Assembly (NCBI RefSeq): GCF_006345805.1
Contig: NC_043006.1
Location: forward strand, 70,060,001 to 70,124,000
Length of the DNA stretch: 64,000 nucleotides
DNA from: Octopus sinensis
Lineage: Eukaryota
Direction of reading: 5' to 3'
The notes under the pieces are model-generated. The model saw only the letters and a program-made list of their open reading frames with translations, had not been told where the DNA came from and did not search any database. Below are positions 1 through 12,525 of this stretch, piece by piece (position 1 is the stretch's first letter; each line of letters begins with the position of its first letter). The translations under genes and the position numbers were made by a program.

Positions 1-18
1 GCCGGGCGATACTGCTAG
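1..18 (+). mobile_element. Helitron 3' terminus (cut by window edge)
   Basis: gccgggcgatactgCTAG|T followed by (TA)n; near-identical to the Helitron end at 38034-38053 (gccgggcaattctgCTAG|T). Confidence 0.7.
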
Positions 19-33
19 TATACATATATATAT

Positions 34-193
34 GTGGCTGTGGTAAGTAGCTTCTTTACCAACCACATGGTTCCGGGTTCAGACCCACTGCGTGGCACCT
101 TGGGCAAGTGTCTTCTACTATAGCCTCGGGCCGACCAAAGCCTTGTGAGTGGATTTGGTAGACGGAAACTGAAAGAAGCTCGTCGTATGTATG

Positions 194-224
<31 letters not shown>

Positions 225-423
225 TTGTTCCCCTAGCATTGCTTGACAACCGATGCTGGTGTGTTTATGTCCCCGTTACTTAGCGGTTCGGCAAAAGAGA
301 CTGATAGAATAAGTACTGGGCTTACAAAAGAATAAATCCCGGGGTCGAGTTGCTCGATTAAAGGCGGTGCTCCAGCATGGCCGCAGTCAAATGACTGAAA
401 CAAGTAAGAGAGACAGTAAAGAG
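34..423 (+). mobile_element. tRNA-derived SINE family 1, near full length, with internal (TA)n(TG)n
   Basis: Head with A/B-box-like gtggctgtggtaag...ggttcagaccc, body ccttgggcaagtg...gaagctcgtcg, microsatellite, tail ...ggcggtgctccagcatggccgcagtcaaatgactgaaacaagta; more than 10 related copies in the window. Confidence 0.85.
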
Positions 424-455
<32 letters not shown>

Positions 456-789
456 TATACACACACACATACACACTCACACACACATACACACTCACAC
501 ACACATACATACGTACATACATACATACATATATGCTTGTGTGCATTATGTGCGTGCATGCGTGCGTGTGTGGGCGTATGCGCTGGCATATTTCTAAGTC
601 GTTTCAGTTATAAATCTCTCAAGTGCAATTTCAAAACAAACAGCTACAACTCTGTATGGGAGATAACTACGGAAACTTTTATATGAGTTGTTTCCCTTAG
701 AAGAACTCTGTTGAAAATACAGTTGCTTAATATCTGTGCACCACATCACTTATTCTACACACACACAGACTCACACACACACGTACTTA

Positions 790-1090
790 CACACACACGT
801 TGTGTTTGTCCCTATCTACCACCGTTTGAGAACCAGTGTTGATTTCTTTACGTCCCCATAACATAGCGGGTCGACAACAATGAAAACCGGTACAATAAGT
901 AACCTGTATAAAGAATAGAACCAGAAACTCGATTTGGTTGATTAAATCTTTCCAGGCCGTTCCTCAACATGGTCACAGTCCAATGACCGAAACAAGTAAA
1001 ACGCAAGGATAATATGTACAGAATTCCATGCACCGCTCCAGCATGGCCGCAGTCAAATGACTGAAACAAGTAAAAGAAAAAAGAATAAAA
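790..1090 (+). mobile_element. Diverged SINE family 1 tail fragments
   Basis: ttacgtccccataac...gaccgaaacaagtaaaa and a second ctccagcatggccgcagtc...aagtaaaagaaaa. Confidence 0.65.
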
Positions 1091-1417
1091 GAAAAGATAT
1101 AACTGTCAGTTTAATTCTTATAGTTACAACGTTTTTGCTATTGTATATTGTAATCTTCGGTCTCGCCCAGTACTGGCCATTTTCGACAGGATTTTCGAAA
1201 TTTCAAACTGAACTCTTTCTTAAGTTTGAAAGGTTCTCACTCCTTTGTCAGTACCAGTGTTGAAGTAACTGTGCTTGAATCTTTGGAGGAAGATGGAACG
1301 ATGTGAGTGGGATATCTTCCTTATGCGAGAGTGACTCTATGAGACTGACTATATTTTCTGAGGGTATGGGACAGCCGTCTAGGTATAGGGTGAAAAACCG
1401 TGGGTGAGAGAGCGAAG

Positions 1418-3130
1418 TTGTCTGTGTAGAAAAACAGATAGAAAAACAGGTGATGGGTGTATATGCATATTTCAGAAATTATTGCTCTTTCTTCAGTGCA
1501 ACATCCAACTCATTTACCATCCACGACCACATTGCTTAAATAACCACTAAGTTTAGCGGTGTAACACTATCGGATAGACCACTTTGCATATGAAATACGT
1601 TTCTAGCAACTGGCATGTAAATATTTTGAGACTTCCTTATTAATCTACAGACGTCTGACGGACGAAAGGATTTAAAACTATGACATGAAGTTTGATATTT
1701 TTTTGGAGGCGTGTTCATATTTTCTTTGCGTGCTATTTTTATCAATTTCTGGTAGGAACACCGTATTTTATTTCACAACCATAAGTATATATACTACCAA
1801 GTTCGTGACATTGCAAATTCCAGCAGTATTGTTCTTCTATACTTCATACGCTCGGTGACCTGACAAGGTAGCTTGCCAGACCTTATTTTGCGTTAAGACG
1901 GTGTTGAGTATATTTTGCATGCACGGATAAAGGAAAATAGAGTCAGTAGTGTTGCGTTGTATGGTATATATGTCAGTGTGATATCCTCCTTGTATGAGAC
2001 TGACTCTATGAGACTGACTCTATAATGCTGACTCTATGTTTTCTGAAGGTATTGGACGGCCGTCAAGATACAGGGTGAAACCGTGCGTGAAAGGGCAGAT
2101 GTACCTCAGCGATAGTCCATTCGAGACATTGAAAATTTCAGCTGTACTGTTCTTCTGTACTTCATAAGCTCGCCGATCTGACAAGGTAGCTTGCCAGACA
2201 ACATTTTGCCTGTTGGTGTTGTTACATGTCTCCAGTGTTATATTCGTAAGTAATGTTTTATAAGACTGTAGGGGTCTATCGCCGTGTTTTAATTAAGAAA
2301 GTGGGTGTATGGAACAGTGAAGTCAAGGATGAGCCTTTCTAAATTGTTGAGGGTAAAGTTAGAAGGGTCACTGTTATGAATGATGAAGGTGAAGTAAGAC
2401 GGGTCACTACTGTTGTGCTTGATGTTGAGGGTGAGGTCAAAAGGGTCACTGCTCTGTATGATGGGACTTCATTTGGGTTTTTGCCTGATTTTACAATTGT
2501 TGATTCTGTTAAACGACAATTGATATGCGTAATTGTGAGTATGGTGGTTGTTTAAGGGCCTTGAGGTTTCTGGTATATGTCTGCGATTTTGTTAGGCATT
2601 AAGTCTTTTTCTTTTTTTTTTTTTGGTTCATGATTTTTGTTTCTTTCCGTATGTATTTTGAGACTTCCTTATTAATCTACAGACGTCTGACGGACGAAAG
2701 GATTTAAAACTATGACAACATGAAGTTTGATATTTTTTTGAGGCGTGTTCATATTTTCTTTGCGTGCTATTTTTATCAATTTCTGGTAGGGACACCGTAT
2801 TTCATTTCACAACCATAAGTATATATACTACCAAGTATATTAAAGGTTTATTAAAGGTGTGATATATTTGGCAATTTGGTATCATATTATGATTGCAAAA
2901 ACGAAATACGGTGTGCCTGTTAATATTTACATGCCAGTTGCTAGAAATGTATTTCATATGCAAAGTGGTCTATCCGATAGTGTTACACCGCTAAACTTAG
3001 TGGTTATTTAAGCAATGTGGTCGTGGATGGTAAATGAGTTGGATGTTGCCCTGAAGAAAGAGCAATAGTTTCTGAAATATGCATATACTCCCATCACCTG
3101 TTTTTCTATCTGTTTTTCTACACAGACAAC
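1418..3130. repeat. Inverted-arm cassette (1418-1625 / 2921-3130) with internal direct repeat (1626-1800 / 2657-2835); Penelope-LTR-like
   Basis: Arms are reverse complements over ~210 bp; direct repeat tttgagacttcc...tactaccaag occurs twice. Confidence 0.8.
1800..2640 (-). pseudogene. Degraded LINE RT fragment (Jockey/I-like)
   Basis: Minus translation contains IVKSGKNPNEVPSYRAVTLL (RT domain-1-like) with stops and internal duplications. Confidence 0.35.
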
Positions 3131-3169
3131 TTCGTATTCGAAACGTCGAAACTTTCTGTACTGACACTA

Positions 3170-5050
3170 AATTTTCTCGGATGTTCTGATCTTTTGAATA
3201 CCTTTGCATCATTACTGTCTTTGCATTTCCTGTCTTATATTCTTCGGTGATTGATGTTATCAGTAGTTGCAGTGCGGGTTTTCCATATAGTGCAGTTGTA
3301 TTCAGTGGTTTTGGAAGACCAAGCCACTTTCTGATAAACACACTGCATCTTTGTTCCATCCTTTCTACTCTACCCGAGGTTATTTCGTACATTTACAATA
3401 GCCACATTATCCTTGGATACAGTCCTAATTGCAGTTTCCAACAGTTGAATTTCCCCGGTAATGTTGTTCTGTCAATTACCTTTAGTCCTTGTTACTTGTT
3501 CCATTAACTCGTGTGTTTCTTTGCTTTGCTTATCATTTAGTAAATCTCTGTACCATCTGCCGAGACTCTTTACTGGTTGTTCTTTCACCATTAGTATATC
3601 TTCACCTCCTATCCTGAATTTCACTTCTGTTTGGCCTCTTTTCACGAAAGTCACGCTCCGAGATTTTTTGACTTTGAATTACATTCTTGCCCATCCTATT
3701 AGTTCGTCCAACTGCTCTAACGTTCCATTTGCTGCTTCTCTGCTTTCTGATAATACAGTAACGTCGTCCATAAAATCCCTTAATTGTGTCTTTGTAACAG
3801 ATTTCTCACAGTTTGTTGATCTTAGTAACATCTCCAAGACTAGTATAAATAAGATGACTGATATCGTGCATATAGCTGCAATACCTACTTCTGGCCGTCG
3901 CCACTCCGTTGTGAACTTTCCGGCTGTAAATCTCATCCTCAATTTATCGTAGTAACGTATGAGCATTCGTTGAACATCTGGAATCCAAAAGAAGTCTATA
4001 GCTGCTTGAATTAGTGCATGTGGAACAGATCCATATACATTGGCAAGATCTAGCCATACAATGTATATGTTTTTCTTCAGTTGTTTTGCACAGTTGATAG
4101 CTTCCCAGGTGGCAAAAGCATGTTCTATGAACCCAAGGATTCCAGGGATCCCTGTCTTTTGGATTGTTTCATTAACATATCCGTTATGCTGTACGAATCT
4201 TTTCCCATTGGTATTTAATAATGAAATGGGTCTGAATTGCCCTAGTGTTTTTGCCTCCCTCTTTTTAGGTAAATAGATACCTTCAGCTATACACCATCGT
4301 TCTGCTACATCTTTCTTCTTCCACATTTCCCTTATCAGTGCAAACAGTTGTAAACACTATTTCGGGCAATGCTTATACACCTTGTAGCTAACTCCGTTGT
4401 TCCCTGGTGAACTTTTAGCTCTTGCTTTTGTAATGAACTCATCCATTTCTTTCCGTCTGATGTCACTCGAATCGAATGGTACCCTTGATTCGGGTGGTTT
4501 CTTCAGCCCGAGCATTTCTGGGAGTACTTTATTTCAATCAGCATCGCTGTAAGTCCCTTTAAGGAGGTGTTCTAACTCTTCTTTAGGGCAATCCAATATT
4601 CCGCTGTTACTTTCAGTAAGCAAACGTTTCGCATATTGGTAGGGATTGTTTACAAAACTACGATAGCTTTTTTTCTCTCTCCTTTCTTCTGTTCTTCCTT
4701 CTTGCTTTTCTTAGTTGTTCTCGATGCCTCTTTTTTATCCCTTCATATAGCTGCTTTAACCCTTCTCTTTCCTCCTCCTTTGCATCCCTCCATCTGGTTC
4801 TGAGTTTTTCTTCTCTTCTCGAATCTTTGCGATCCGTCTTTCTCTCCTCGATGGTCCGCCTTTTGCCGATGATTCTCCATTCCCTGTTATTTCAAGTCAA
4901 ATCTTTTCTCTCCTTCCTCCTAGATTACATTAACCAAGTTCTCGAGCTTTTGTTCGCCGACACCTTTGAATTCGGTGGTCATTCTTGCTACCTTGTCATC
5001 GAATTTCTTATGGCTCGCTTAATCTTTGACTTCTTCAAGCCTACCTCTTT
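3170..5050 (-). pseudogene. Degraded non-LTR retrotransposon RT, Hero/NeSL-like RLE clade
   Basis: ORF 3679-4326 has FRPISLLN, QKTGIPG..IEH, WLDLANVYGSVPH, FMDDVTV; continues in shifted frames to WLGLPKPLNTTALYG...SITEEYK; frameshifted. Confidence 0.85.
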
Positions 5051-5461
5051 TCGTGGTTGTTTGGAGCACAATCCATATCACACAGTGACGTATGATTTGT
5101 GCCGTATTCATATTGCTCTGTATAATATTTAGCATTTTTTTATTAATTAAACATCCAATATATATTATTGAATGCGTGTACTTCTGTGACTTATTTCATA
5201 GTTTTTTTGCCTCTGTGGTGTATATAAATATAACCATGCAAACTGACAATTAACTTCGTAAATTCCGCTGACGAAGGTGGGTCGAAGATTTATACAAACA
5301 TCTGATTGCCATAAACACGATAGGTCAGAGGTTAGAATGTATTTTCTATAGAAGTATTTATTTCAAATACGTGTCTTCGTTTCGTTTTCAAGTGTTTCTT
5401 CGAATTACCCGCGCATATATATCATTTTATGTATAGCTGTATGTACTGTCTCTAAGTAATT

Positions 5462-5597
5462 ACGTACGTGCGCGTCGACTTTGCCTTTCATCCTTTCGGG
5501 GTCGATAAATAAAGTACCAGTTTCGCACTGGGGTCGATGTAATCGACCTAATCCGTTTGTCCCCTCTGTTATTAGCCCCTTGTGGGCAGTAAAGAAA
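5462..5597 (+). mobile_element. SINE family 2 3' fragment (tail A)
   Basis: gtcgactttgcctttcatcctttcggggtcgataaataaagtaccag...ccccttgtgggcagtaaagaaata then (TA)n. Confidence 0.8.
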
Positions 5598-5599
5598 TA

Positions 5600-5605
5600 T
5601 ATATC

Positions 5606-5639
<34 letters not shown>

Positions 5640-5879
5640 CGTACGTACGTATGTATGTATGTATGTATTTATGTATGTATGTATATACGTATGTAGCGGG
5701 AGAGAGAGAGATGTGTGTATGTATATATATATATATACGCATACACGCACACACACGAATACACGTACATTATTTATATAATGTATGTGTATACATTTAT
5801 GATTTCATATATACATTTATATAAACTATATCATACACACAAACGCATATATACAAACATAAATACGCACATACATACT

Positions 5880-5919
<40 letters not shown>

Positions 5920-5963
5920 CATCATATATACATGTATATACATATCGTATACACGTCTACGTG

Positions 5964-6011
<48 letters not shown>

Positions 6012-6424
6012 TTATTATAACCCTATATATCATATATATTATATGGTTGACTTGCAGCAGTTGTCATGTGCACGCCAAATACGAGTCATTGCAGACCATG
6101 CCTAATTAACTGCAAATTTGAAATTCCCATATATGTACACATCTAATTGTTACATATACTTACATACACACACACACAAACACACACACATACACACACA
6201 CTCACACACACACATTACACATACACACACGCATGTATATACAAACATACGTACGTACATATATACATACACACGTACATACAACCATGCGTATATGCAC
6301 CCATACCTACGCAGAACAGTCGCACAGACACTCACATACACATGTACACATACACATTATTTATATACATATATATGTATGTATGTATGTATGTATGTGT
6401 GTATGTATGTATGTATGTAAGTAT

Positions 6425-6466
<42 letters not shown>

Positions 6467-6470
6467 ATTA

Positions 6471-6505
<35 letters not shown>

Positions 6506-6566
6506 GTATGTAATATATATATAGTATGTATATATATATATATTATATATTATATATTATTATATT

Positions 6567-6620
<54 letters not shown>

Positions 6621-6760
6621 ATACAAGCATACATAGATATGGACACATGTAGGTATGTATGTAGGTACGCATGTATGTATATATGTATGCATGCATGCAT
6701 GTATGTATATGTGTATGTATGTTTGTATGTATGCAGATGTATATTTTTGCTAAGCCAAGC
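5600..6760. repeat. Compound (TA)/(TG)/(TATG) microsatellite field
   Basis: Directly visible simple repeats. Confidence 0.95.
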
Positions 6761-6929
6761 CAAGTTTCCATTTCTCCTGTTTTTGCAGTTCTGCTGCATT
6801 AGATGTGACTTTGGTGCACAATGGCCACTGTACTCTGCACACTGCACATTGCACATGAAAATTGCAACTGTTTATGTCGTTACATTCTTGTTATATTAAA
6901 CATCTAATGGGTTCTTATCCAGACTACGG

Positions 6930-7510
6930 TGGGGAAGGGGGGCAAAGTTGGGTGGAGGCGGTGGTGGTAATTAATAATGGTGACGGCTGTGATGGTGGTG
7001 TTGTTGTTACTGCTGCTGATGGTGGTGGTGGTGGTGATGCGGATGGTGGTAGCTGTGTTGGTGATGGTTGTGGTGAAGGTGGTGGTGATCGTGGAAGTGG
7101 AGGGGTTGGCGGCGGTGGGATGGGGGGATGGGGGGATGGCGGTGGTGGAGGGATTGGAGGTAGTGTGGTTGGCGGTGCATGTGTTGGTGTAGTGTTGATA
7201 TGATAGTGGCGATGATGGTAGTAGTGGTGGTGCTGCCGGTACTGGTGGAGGTGGAGAATCTGGTGCTAGTGGTGGTGATGGCGGTGGTAGTAGTGGCGAT
7301 TGTGGTGGTGGTGGTGGTGGTGGTGGTGGTAGTGGCGGTTGTGGTGGTGGTTGGGTGGCTTCGGTGGTGGTTGTGGCGGTGGTGCATTGGAGCAGGTGTT
7401 CTCGTTTAACACCAGGTCGGATATGGTTGAGCAGCTCCAGTGGCGGCGTGTTGTTGCTGCTGTTGTTGTTGTTATTGTTGTTGTTGTTGTTGTTGTTTTG
7501 TTGTTGTTGT
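6930..7510. repeat. (GGT)/(GTT) low-complexity tract
   Basis: Directly visible trinucleotide repeats. Confidence 0.9.
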
Positions 7511-7874
7511 TTCAATGTACCTTCATGTGAGCTCCTATTCCCCGGTCCTATGTTACTCAGGTAGTCGATGGAACGACGATCCACTCCCATCCCTTAAATC
7601 TACCCCCCCCCATTCATACCATGTGCTTGTTGGGACAATGACCGTCCTTCAAAGTACATCCTGCGACATGCATTATATGAAGTACAGTGTACAGTCACAT
7701 TGTACTCTCTCCATTGTCCACACTTCTGTACTCTTGTAGATACAGGTTTTGGCTACAACACAAGCGAGCAAAGTTGGTCAGAGCAGGGCAGTTACTGTTC
7801 CTTTATCCATTCCAGCCTAATATTCGGAGTCAATCAGGCTAAGGACGGTTCGACTAATCTGTATGTACGTCAGT

Positions 7875-8257
7875 GTGGAGGCGCAATGGCCCAGTGCTTA
7901 GGGCAGCGGACTCGCGGTCATAAGATCGCGGTTTCGATTCCCAGACCGGGCGTAGTGAGTGTTTATTGAGCGAAAATACCTAAAGCTCCACGAGGCTCCG
8001 GCAGGAGATGGTGGTGATCCCTGCTGTACTCTTTCACCACAACTTTCTCTCACTCTTACTTCCTGTTTCTGTTGTACCTGTATTTCAAAGGACCGGCCTC
8101 GTCACTCTCTGTGTCACGCTGAATATCCCCGAGAACTACGTTAAGGGTACACGTGTCTGTGGAGTGCTCAGCCACTTACACGTTAATTTCACGAGCAGGC
8201 TGTTCCGTTGATTCGGATCAACCGGAACCCTCATCGTCGTAACCGACGGAGTGCTTC
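7875..8257 (+). mobile_element. tRNA-derived SINE family 3, full length
   Basis: tRNA-like head ggcgcaatggcccagtgcttagggcagcggactcg...gtttcgattccc; body ending gaaccctcatcgtcgtaaccgacggagtgc; near-identical copy at 20140-20502. Confidence 0.85.
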
Positions 8258-8487
8258 CATCCATGTACGTCAGTGTGTGCTTCTGTGCATGCGCGTGTGT
8301 GTGAGTGCGCGTGCGTACGTGTAAGTGTGTGTATGCGTGCGTGTTTGTGTGTGTGTGTGTGTGTATTCTTTGAACTTGTCTAACCTGAATGTAAGAATGT
8401 GTCTAGGATGTGGCTATGAAGTTATGGTAGTTGTTCTAGAAAGTGTTACATATTACAGGAGAGCGATAAGCAGTGATTGTGTAAAAT

Positions 8488-8718
8488 TGTCCGAACATGT
8501 TTGAGGCACGTTCGAACCAGTGAACAAGCTGCGCACTGTGTTTTGTCACGGAAAATATATCCTGTTTGTTGGCAAATGGTGTGTAAACACCTAGATCAGC
8601 TCGCATTTCGGAGTAGTTATCTCCTCTTCAGATATAACAAACGGAATATATTTTCTGTGACAAAACGTAGTAAGTAGCTTGTTCTCCGGTTCGAACGTGC
8701 CTCAAGCATATTTGGACT
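8488..8718. repeat. ~230-bp hairpin (MITE-like), ~85-bp imperfect arms
   Basis: tccgaacatgtttgaggcacgttcgaacc...ttttgtcacggaaaatatat...tttgtt mirrored by aacaaa...atatattttctgtgacaaaa...ggttcgaacgtgcctcaagcatatttgga. Confidence 0.8.
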
Positions 8719-8989
8719 GATGATGACTTTACAGTGTTACATATATGTTTCTAAGTATTTGGAGCAAGTTCTGTGAGAATTCAAGGGCCCTTTCGATTTT
8801 AGCATTTTTTTTTGTCTCGTTACCTAAATTTGTGTAAGTGGTCTGTTATAATGTATTGGGCGCTGTTTCCTCTCACCTGTAGTTTATTGCGATTTATTGT
8901 GTTGAGATTGGAGCTCAAGGATGTACCAGCGCAGTCAATCAAGAATCTAACGTATTGCTTGCGCACTGTTGTCAGTGTAGGTGGGTGGC

Positions 8990-9290
8990 TTAGGGATTAC
9001 GGGGTTCGGCTCACGATCGTAAGGTAGTGGTTTCGATTCCCGACGACGAGTTGTGTTCTGCGGCAAGACACTTTATTTCTCGTTGCTCCAGTAGTCGCCT
9101 CAGTTGACAAAAACGGGTTGTACTTTTAATTCAAGCGACCAACCTTTACATACTCTGTGTCACGCTGAATCTCCTTGAGAACTACGTTAAGGGTATGCGT
9201 ATCCGTGGAGCGATCAGCGACTTGCGCATTAATTTCGCGATACGTTGATCGGATCAAGTGGAACACTCGTCGTCGTTACCGACGGAGTAC
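8990..9290 (+). mobile_element. Diverged SINE family 3 copy
   Basis: gtggcttagggattac...gtttcgattccc head; gagaactacgttaaggg...gtcgttaccgacggagt tail. Confidence 0.7.
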
Positions 9291-9423
9291 CTTACACTAT
9301 TGTTGTTCTTTTCTGTTGGTTTAGTTGCGCTGCCCGCATGTGGTATCAGCATACCTAGACATCGCATTTCTTTTATTGTATTCTCTTTATGTCGGGAATG
9401 TTGTGCAAGTTGTATGTATTCTT

Positions 9424-10710
9424 TTCTACTCTAGGCACAAGGCTCGAAAGTTTGGAGGAGAGAGCCAGTCGATTAGATCGACCCCAGTACGCATCTGGTA
9501 CTTAATTTATCGACCCCGAAAGGATGAAAGGCAAAGTTAACCTAGGCGGAATTTGAAATCAGAACGTAAAGACAGACGAAATACCGCTAAGCATTTCGCC
9601 CAGCGTGCTAACGTTTCTTATTTTTTTATTGCCCACAGGGGGCTAAACACCGAGAGGACAAACAAGGACAGACAAACGGATTAAGTCGATTACATCGCCC
9701 CAGTGCGTACTTAATTTATCGAACCTGAAAGGATGAAAGGCAGAGTCAACCTCGGCGGAATTTGAACTCAGAACGTAACGGCAGACGAAATACATATTTC
9801 TTTACTACCCACAAGGGGCTAAACACAGAGAGGACAAACAAGGACAGACAAACGGATAAAGTCGGTTATATCGAGCCAAGTGCGCAACTGGTACTTAATT
9901 TATCGACCCCGAAAGGATGAAAGGCAAAGTCGACCTCGGTGGAATTTGAATTCAGAACGTAACTGCAGACGAAATACTGCTAAGCATTTCGCCTGGCATG
10001 CTAACGTTTCTGCCAGCTTGCTGCCTTCAAAAGAATCTTTTCTACTCTAGGCACAAGGCCCGAAATTTTGGGAGAGGAGCCAGTTGATTAGATCGACCCC
10101 AGTACGCAACTGATACTTAATTTATCGACCCCGAAAGGATGAAGGACAAAGTCGATCTCGGCGGAATTTGAACTTAGAACGTAAAGACAGACGAAACATC
10201 GCTAAGCATTTCGCCCGGCGTGCTAACGTTTCTGCCAGCTCGCCTCCTTACGAGTATGTATTATTGTTGTCGTTTGTGCGTGTGATCTATGTTGTTGTCG
10301 TTGTATTTGATGATCTGTCTCTGGTGTTGCTGGCAAGAAGGGAGATCGACCACGCCGAAACGATGAAAGGTAAAATCTGCCTCGGTGAAATTTGAACTCA
10401 AAACGTAAAGATGGATGAAATGCCGCTAAGCATATCGTCCGGCATGCTACCGATTCTGCCAGCTCACCGCCTTAGTTAAACGTAATATTGGTTTCAAATT
10501 TTGTCACAAGTCCAGTAATTTCGGGGGCGGGGGTGGGATAGTCGATTTGATCGACCCCAGTACTCAACTGGTGCTTATTCAATCGACCCCGAAAGGATGA
10601 AAGGCAAAGTCGACCACGACAGCATTTGAACTCAGAACGTAAGCATGAACGAAATACAGCTAAGCAGTTTGCCTGGTGTATTAACGATTCTGCCAGCTTG
10701 CCACCTTCAC

Positions 10711-10779
<69 letters not shown>

Positions 10780-11274
10780 AAGAAGAAGAAGAAGAAGAAG
10801 AAGAAGAGAAGAAGAAGAAGAAGAAGAAGAAGAGAAGAAGAAGAAGAAGAAGAAGAAGAAGAAGAATTTTTGCCACAAGGGCAGCAAGGTGGAGAGGATG
10901 AAGTCGATTACATCGACCCCAGTGCGTAACTGGTACTTATTTACTCGACCGAGAAAGGATGACAGACAAAGTCGACTTCGGCGGAATCTGAACTCAGAAC
11001 GTAGCGGCAGACGAAATACCTATTTCGTTATTACCCACAAGGGGCTTAACACAGAGGGAACAAAGAAGGACAGACAAACAGATTAAGTCGATTACATCGA
11101 CCCCAGTGCATAACTGGTACTTAATTTATCGACCCCGAGAGGATGAAAGGCAAATCGACCTCGGCGGAATTTGAACTCACAACGTAACGGCAGACGAAAT
11201 ACCGCTAAGCATTTCGCTCGGCGTGCAAACGATTCTGCCAACTCGACTCCTTACTAATAATGATGATGATGATG

Positions 11275-11340
<66 letters not shown>

Positions 11341-11612
11341 CAACAACAACAACAATAGTGATAAGGATACTAATACTAATAATAATTATTATTATTATTA
11401 TTATTTCAAATTCTTGCCACAAGGGAAGTTTGGGGAAGGTGGGGATGAATCGATTACGTCGATCCCAGTGTCCAACTGATACTTAATTTATCGGCCCCGA
11501 AGGTATGAACGGTAAAGTCAACCTCAGCGGAATTTGAACGCATAACGTAGCGACGGGCGAAATACCGCTAAACATTTCATCCAGCATTTTAACGACTCTG
11601 CCATCTCACCAC
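9424..11612 (-). mobile_element. Cluster/concatemer of SINE family 2 (about 9 cores, all minus strand) with (AAT)/(AAG) tracts
   Basis: Repeated core cgaccccgaaaggatgaaaggcaaagtcgacctcggcggaatttgaactcagaacgta with tRNA-like head ...ctaacgtttctgccagctc. Confidence 0.9.
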
Positions 11613-11630
11613 ATTAATAATAATAATAAT

Positions 11631-11676
<46 letters not shown>

Positions 11677-11773
11677 TGATGATAATAATAATAATAATTA
11701 TGATAATAATAATAATAATAATAAAACAATAATAATAATAATAATAATGATAATAATAATAATAATAATAATA

Positions 11774-11813
<40 letters not shown>

Positions 11814-11814
<1 letters not shown>

Positions 11815-12275
11815 GATTGATATAACTGTCCCAAACGATATAAACGTATCTTACAAGACCTACCAACAACTGAGCAAATATGAAGATTTTGAAATAGAAA
11901 TTAGCAAAATGTGGAACCTGAAGACTAAAACAATACCTGTTGTCATAGGTGCCCTGGGAATGATAGCAAAATGGGTTGATTGCTACCTAGCTCAGATACC
12001 AGGAAGCCCTAAAATAGCAGAAATTTAAAAGATAGTACTCATGGGAACTGCCCATATCCTACACAAAATACTTTCTATGTAATCTCAAGTTATAAAACAA
12101 ACACATAATTTTCTTATGGTTTCTTAAACATTCTCTAGAACAACACTATGTACAAAACCAAATATATGGCATCTTAGGCATAACACCAACATGAACTTCC
12201 AACCTGTTGTCTCTTGAGGTCTCTGGGTGAGACTTAGAGCTAACTTGTACAAATATAAAGCAAAAGGCAAACTTA

Positions 12276-12276
<1 letters not shown>
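11814..12276 (+). mobile_element. 5'-truncated R4/Dong-like LINE 3' end in (AAT)n
   Basis: Translates IDITVPNDINV...KYEDFEIEISKMWNLKTKTIPVVIGALG...MGTAHILHKILSM* (RLE endonuclease C-terminus); (AAT)n on both sides. Confidence 0.85.
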
Positions 12277-12329
<53 letters not shown>

Positions 12330-12377
12330 CCTTTGTACCATAGGCACAAGGCCTGAAATTTGGGTGAAGGGATAATT

Positions 12378-12525
12378 GGCTGTGTGGTAAGAACTTTGCT
12401 TTCCAACCACATGGTTCCAAGTTCAGTCCCTTTACGTGACCCGTTGGGCAAGTGTCCTCTATAAAGCCTCGGGCGACCAAAGCCTTATGGATAGATTTGG
12501 TAGACAGAAACTGAAGAAGCCCGTC

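Noticed and set aside
370-410. SINE 1 tail CAGUC-AAAU-GACUG-AAAC-AA-GUA resembling a hammerhead 3' half
   Set aside because: No CUGANGA core upstream in any copy
5270-5395. CUGACGA...CAAAUACGUGUC hammerhead-like pieces
   Set aside because: GAAA is degraded and stem I does not pair
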